Part shown: piece by piece, positions 60,434 to 64,000 of the stretch
How the letters are laid out: every line of letters begins with the position of its first letter
How positions within the stretch are numbered: position 1 is the first letter of the stretch
Origin: Marine Group II euryarchaeote MED-G38
Lineage (GTDB): Archaea > Thermoplasmatota > Poseidoniia > Poseidoniales > Thalassarchaeaceae
Length of the DNA stretch: 64,000 bases
Reading direction: 5' to 3'
Assembly (NCBI GenBank): GCA_002457145.1
Contig: NTJP01000002.1
Location: 33,583-97,582 of the forward strand
Program-made: the position numbers and the translations under genes
Notes under the pieces: generated by a model
What the model was told of the DNA's origin: nothing
What the model saw: the letters and a program-made list of their open reading frames with translations, nothing else
The model's database searches: none

Positions 60434-61576
60434 ATGGCAGATACAGAGATAGTAGAGAAATATGCTCCCAACTTTGAGGCTTGGGTTCAAGATTTCACAG
60501 AATGGCAAACAAGAATCGGTTTTGACCCTTCATGGTTAGGAGATTATAGATTCGATATTAAATTTGATTGGGATACCGCAGGAGATGTAATTGAGTTCGG
60601 TGATTTCGAAGGAATGCCAAAATGGGAAAGGCGAATGCAGATACCTCAACAAAATATTAGAGATGCCATAATCAGTATGATTAGTGTACAAGGAGATACC
60701 GAATTCGCGAGCGTTGAGCAGCAAAATCACTTACTCGCCACAGCCCCTACTGAATATGACATGAAATCTGCTTTGAGAATAATGTGCGAAGAACAAAGAC
60801 ATGGTTGGCAAATGGCGTATGTTTTGTGTACATATTTTGGTGAGCAAGGCGTCAGAGAAGCAGCAAAATTACTAGAAAGAAATGCCCAAGATGGAACAAG
60901 GATTTTAGGTTCATTCAACGCCCCAATCGATCATTGGCTAGATTTTTTCTGCTTCACACATTTTATAGATAGAGATGGAAAATATCAATTGAAAATGTTG
61001 AGTACCTCTTCATTCAAACCACTTGCAGCGTCTATGGGGCCTATGTTAAAAGAAGAATCATTCCACCTCGGGACTGGTGCTAATGGACTCAGGAGAATAG
61101 TTAAACAAGGCGTAATCCCTTGTGAATTACTACAAAAATATCTGAATAAATGGATCAGTACAGGTTTAGATTTGTTCGGAACTGATGATTCGACGAGCGC
61201 TCAATGGGCTTATGTTTACGGTGTTAAAGGCCGATATGACGAAAGAGAGAGCGATGTCGAAGCCGACAGAGCCCATTTAAATGAAGCAAGTAGAGAACTA
61301 TATTTTCAAGAATTAAGAGCAGAGATGAGAAGGATAAGTGCTGTTAGAAAAGAAGGAGAACCTGATTTATTTATACCATCAGACAAGTTTAATCGTGGCA
61401 TAGGAATGCATGCAGGAGAAAATTATACAATTGTTGGTGATAAATTCGAAGGAACAGATGAAGAATATCAAGACTATCTCGCAAGTGTACTTCCGACCGA
61501 TGAGGATGAAGATAAATTAATTAATGATTATATGAAAAAAGATTGGATTCAATATCGAGAATGGAAAGGAAAATGA
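60434..61576 (+). CDS. ferritin-like diiron acyl-CoA oxygenase, PaaA / BoxB family
   Basis: MCEEQRHGWQM (E..H iron ligands) and MLKEESFHLGTG (cf. PaaA KEESFH). Start is taken at the internal Met (MADTEIV). Confidence 0.6.
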   Translation: MADTEIVEKYAPNFEAWVQDFTEWQTRIGFDPSWLGDYRFDIKFDWDTAGDVIEFGDFEGMPKWERRMQIPQQNIRDAIISMISVQGDTEFASVEQQNHLLATAPTEYDMKSALRIMCEEQRHGWQMAYVLCTYFGEQGVREAAKLLERNAQDGTRILGSFNAPIDHWLDFFCFTHFIDRDGKYQLKMLSTSSFKPLAASMGPMLKEESFHLGTGANGLRRIVKQGVIPCELLQKYLNKWISTGLDLFGTDDSTSAQWAYVYGVKGRYDERESDVEADRAHLNEASRELYFQELRAEMRRISAVRKEGEPDLFIPSDKFNRGIGMHAGENYTIVGDKFEGTDEEYQDYLASVLPTDEDEDKLINDYMKKDWIQYREWKGK

Positions 61577-61592
61577 TTAGGAAGGTATAAAC

Positions 61593-62156
61593 ATGCAACA
61601 TTTATCTCTTCTTGCTTTTAATAAAAAGAAATGCGAACCATTTTTTGATAGATTGACTGAATTATTTTATTCACATCACCATTCTGATGCACAAAAACCA
61701 GATGAATATGAGCGTTTACTGTACATGGTGAAAAGACCATATGATGAGAATATGTTAGATATGGTCGACGAGTGGATGGGACTCGGACCGAGAGGTTGGA
61801 AGGAAGAAACAACACGTGAAATTAAATTAGCCCTATATGCTATCAAATATCCAGACACACTGTTATTAGACAGTTTTACAGAAAAAGCTAGGTCCGATTT
61901 AACAAGACTATCTTCCTATCTCCATTTCACTCATCATACCTATGCAATTTGGGATGAAGATACTAGAAAAGGGTTGTCTAAGTTAGGAATCAATATACCA
62001 GCTACAGAAGTTGCAGATCCATTTATCTATGGCGCGTATGTTAGTGCGATAGAACTTCTGAAAGATGTCGCACCATTTACTTGTTTCCTGGAGCATGATG
62101 TTCCTCGCCAAAGATTATTTCAAGCCGCACTAGCATCATTCGGACGTGAAGATTGA
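61593..62156 (+). CDS. hypothetical protein (His-rich; possible partner of the diiron oxygenase)
   Basis: 187 aa, 16 bp downstream of the PaaA-like gene. No motif recognised. Confidence 0.4.
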   Translation: MQHLSLLAFNKKKCEPFFDRLTELFYSHHHSDAQKPDEYERLLYMVKRPYDENMLDMVDEWMGLGPRGWKEETTREIKLALYAIKYPDTLLLDSFTEKARSDLTRLSSYLHFTHHTYAIWDEDTRKGLSKLGINIPATEVADPFIYGAYVSAIELLKDVAPFTCFLEHDVPRQRLFQAALASFGRED

Positions 62157-62191
62157 GAAAATCCTATTGACTAGTATACAAACCACTCTAC

Positions 62192-63076
62192 ATGGATATC
62201 AACAATGTTGCAGTGATAGGGGCCGGTACGATGGGGGCGGGAATAGCCCAAATATGCGCCCAAAGAGGTTGGAATACTAGACTTTTTGATACATACGAAT
62301 CAAGTCTAAAAAATGCTATTATTAATATAAATACATTCTGGAATAAGGGTGTTTCATTAGGTAAAAATGACAAAGAACAGGTTAATAAATGGTCTAATAA
62401 TTTAGAAATCTATACAGATATCTCTAAAGCGGTTTTTGCGGCTGACTTAGTAATTGAAGCGGTACCAGAGAAAATGAGTTTAAAAAAAGAAATATTTTTA
62501 AAATTAGATAAATTAACCACAGCAGAAACATTATTGGCAACCAACACGTCTAGTTTATCTATTTCGGAAATTGCAAATGTAACAAATAATCCTGGAAGAG
62601 TTATTGGTATGCATTTCTTTAATCCTGTCCCTATAATGAAATTATTAGAAATAATTAGGCATGATAAATGTACCGAAAAAACAATACGTGCTGCAGAATC
62701 AATAGGATCTGAACTAGGTAAAACTACAATCCTTGTCAATGATTTTCCAGGTTTTGCTACTAGTAGATTAGGGGTCGTATTAGGTAATGAAGCAATAAGA
62801 ATGCTATCCGAGGGGGTGGCTTCGGCCAGTGATATAGATACTGCTATGATGCTCGGTTATAAACATCCAATCGGGCCCTTAGAATTGACAGATTTGGTAG
62901 GTTTGGATGTCAGAAGGGATATTCTAAATAACCTTGCAGAATCTTTAGCTGATGACTCTTATTTACCACACCCTCTTCTTAATAAATTAGTTAATGATGG
63001 AGAACTTGGTAGCAAGACAAGTATGGGGATATATGATTGGTCTAATGGTGTAAAATCTGATCGTAACGATTTATGA
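62192..63076 (+). CDS. hbd: 3-hydroxyacyl-CoA dehydrogenase
   Basis: VAVIGAGTMGAGIAQICAQRGWNTRLFD Rossmann N-terminus. GMHFFNP and 3HCDH C-domain blocks. Confidence 0.9.
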   Translation: MDINNVAVIGAGTMGAGIAQICAQRGWNTRLFDTYESSLKNAIININTFWNKGVSLGKNDKEQVNKWSNNLEIYTDISKAVFAADLVIEAVPEKMSLKKEIFLKLDKLTTAETLLATNTSSLSISEIANVTNNPGRVIGMHFFNPVPIMKLLEIIRHDKCTEKTIRAAESIGSELGKTTILVNDFPGFATSRLGVVLGNEAIRMLSEGVASASDIDTAMMLGYKHPIGPLELTDLVGLDVRRDILNNLAESLADDSYLPHPLLNKLVNDGELGSKTSMGIYDWSNGVKSDRNDL

Positions 63077-63114
63077 GGTGATTTTTCCTGACTCTAGCTG
63101 TAGAATTAATAGGC

Positions 63115-63363
63115 TTGTTAGCCGGTTTTTTAGGAGTAATTGCATGGATCCCGCAAATTCGGGAAGTATGGATTGAAAAATCTCATCAAGGTATCTCACT
63201 TCCTACTTTTTTCCTTGTAGCCTCTGCACTAATATTATGGTTGATATATGGAATATTAATCATGTCATATTCCATAATAATAGCCAATATAGCAGCTTTA
63301 ATATGTATATTAATGGTAATATCGGGAGTTTTGAAGATAAGAAATCTTGAAAAACAAACTTAA
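63115..63363 (+). CDS. small membrane protein (2-3 TM)
   Basis: 82 aa, hydrophobic. Confidence 0.35.
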   Translation: MLAGFLGVIAWIPQIREVWIEKSHQGISLPTFFLVASALILWLIYGILIMSYSIIIANIAALICILMVISGVLKIRNLEKQT

Positions 63364-63923
63364 ATATTTGTTAATATTCTATGGAAATGATGAACTCCTT
63401 TTTCCATACTAGGAGAATATCTTCCTCGAATATATGAAGAACTACTCATCCCTATCTGTACCGCCTCTACAATATTTCGATCCTCTTTCTCGACTTTATC
63501 TAAATCTCCTCCTGCTCCCTCCTCAATTAATGATGGATTATCAATATACCTTTGGTAAATTATTTTAGTCCTATCTACTGATATAGGAATCACCAAATTT
63601 ACAGATAATCCCCAAGGATAGAAGTTAAGCATCAAACCAGGAAATATCCAAAAATAATACGCTGCTATTCTTTTTCCAAAATCTTTTGAATTTTCTGGTA
63701 TTTGGAAAGCATTTTCTCCCTCTTTAGCAATGCCTATTTGTAATACTCCTCCTTCAAATATTTCAGTTTCATAATCTTCATAACTCAGTATTTCATTCAA
63801 ATCCGAATGAACATATGGTATGTGAAAACCCTCGAGATAATTATCAACATATAAGGCCCAATTAGCTTTAACATCATATTTTTTATAATAATTAGTGTCA
63901 TGGGTAAAATCTTCTATTCTCAT
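63360..63923 (-). CDS. ring-hydroxylating dioxygenase alpha-subunit catalytic-domain-like protein (Rieske domain not in this ORF)
   Basis: NWALYVDNYLEGFHIPYVHSDL matches the mononuclear-iron motif N..E..H....H of Rieske oxygenase catalytic domains. Only 187 aa. An upstream ORF in another frame ends with TGA overlapping this ATG (ATGA) and runs off the window. Confidence 0.45.
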   Translation of the reverse strand: MRIEDFTHDTNYYKKYDVKANWALYVDNYLEGFHIPYVHSDLNEILSYEDYETEIFEGGVLQIGIAKEGENAFQIPENSKDFGKRIAAYYFWIFPGLMLNFYPWGLSVNLVIPISVDRTKIIYQRYIDNPSLIEEGAGGDLDKVEKEDRNIVEAVQIGMSSSSYIRGRYSPSMEKGVHHFHRILTNI

Positions 63924-64000
63924 CCATCCTATTCTATCTTCTAAAACCTTAATCCAACTGGGTAATTTAGTTTTTTTTGTAGATGTAAATATTAGTCCCT

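Overview
This 64 kb window is low-GC archaeal chromosome. The core genes are all archaeal: a complete A-type ATP synthase operon (atpH-I-K-E-C-F-A-B-D, 17.8-26.4 kb), nop5-fibrillarin, TFS, PCNA, Orc1/Cdc6, multi-OB-fold RPA, pelota, a divergent TBP-like gene, isoprenoid lipid genes (GGPP synthase, geranylgeranyl reductase), tRNA-Phe(GAA) and tRNA-Gly(UCC). Mixed in are bacterial-type heterotrophic metabolism genes: acyl-CoA carboxyltransferase, biotin carboxylase, enoyl-CoA hydratase, 3-hydroxyacyl-CoA dehydrogenase, a PaaA/BoxB-like diiron oxygenase, class I aldolase, GlpX and Fpg. This combination fits a marine planktonic euryarchaeon (Thermoplasmatota / Marine Group II-like); that taxonomic placement is an inference from gene content only. 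Coding density is high and mostly ordinary housekeeping. The part most worth a second look is the 49.8-55.2 kb neighbourhood next to orc1/cdc6. It holds a GC-rich ~300 nt non-coding block with three diverged ~60 bp tandem units and a perfect 9 bp stem, which is a candidate structured RNA. It also holds an apparent fusion of phosphopantetheine adenylyltransferase with a DUF359-type dephospho-CoA kinase domain, an 862 aa protein with an N-terminal winged helix, and two tandem paralogous small winged-helix proteins flanking an ORB-like palindrome. Elsewhere there is an EF-Tu/EF1A-like protein whose P-loop is degenerate, a divergent TBP-like gene, a divergent HemC-like gene, and an aromatic acyl-CoA-type oxygenase cluster. 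No CRISPR array, integrase or transposase was seen.
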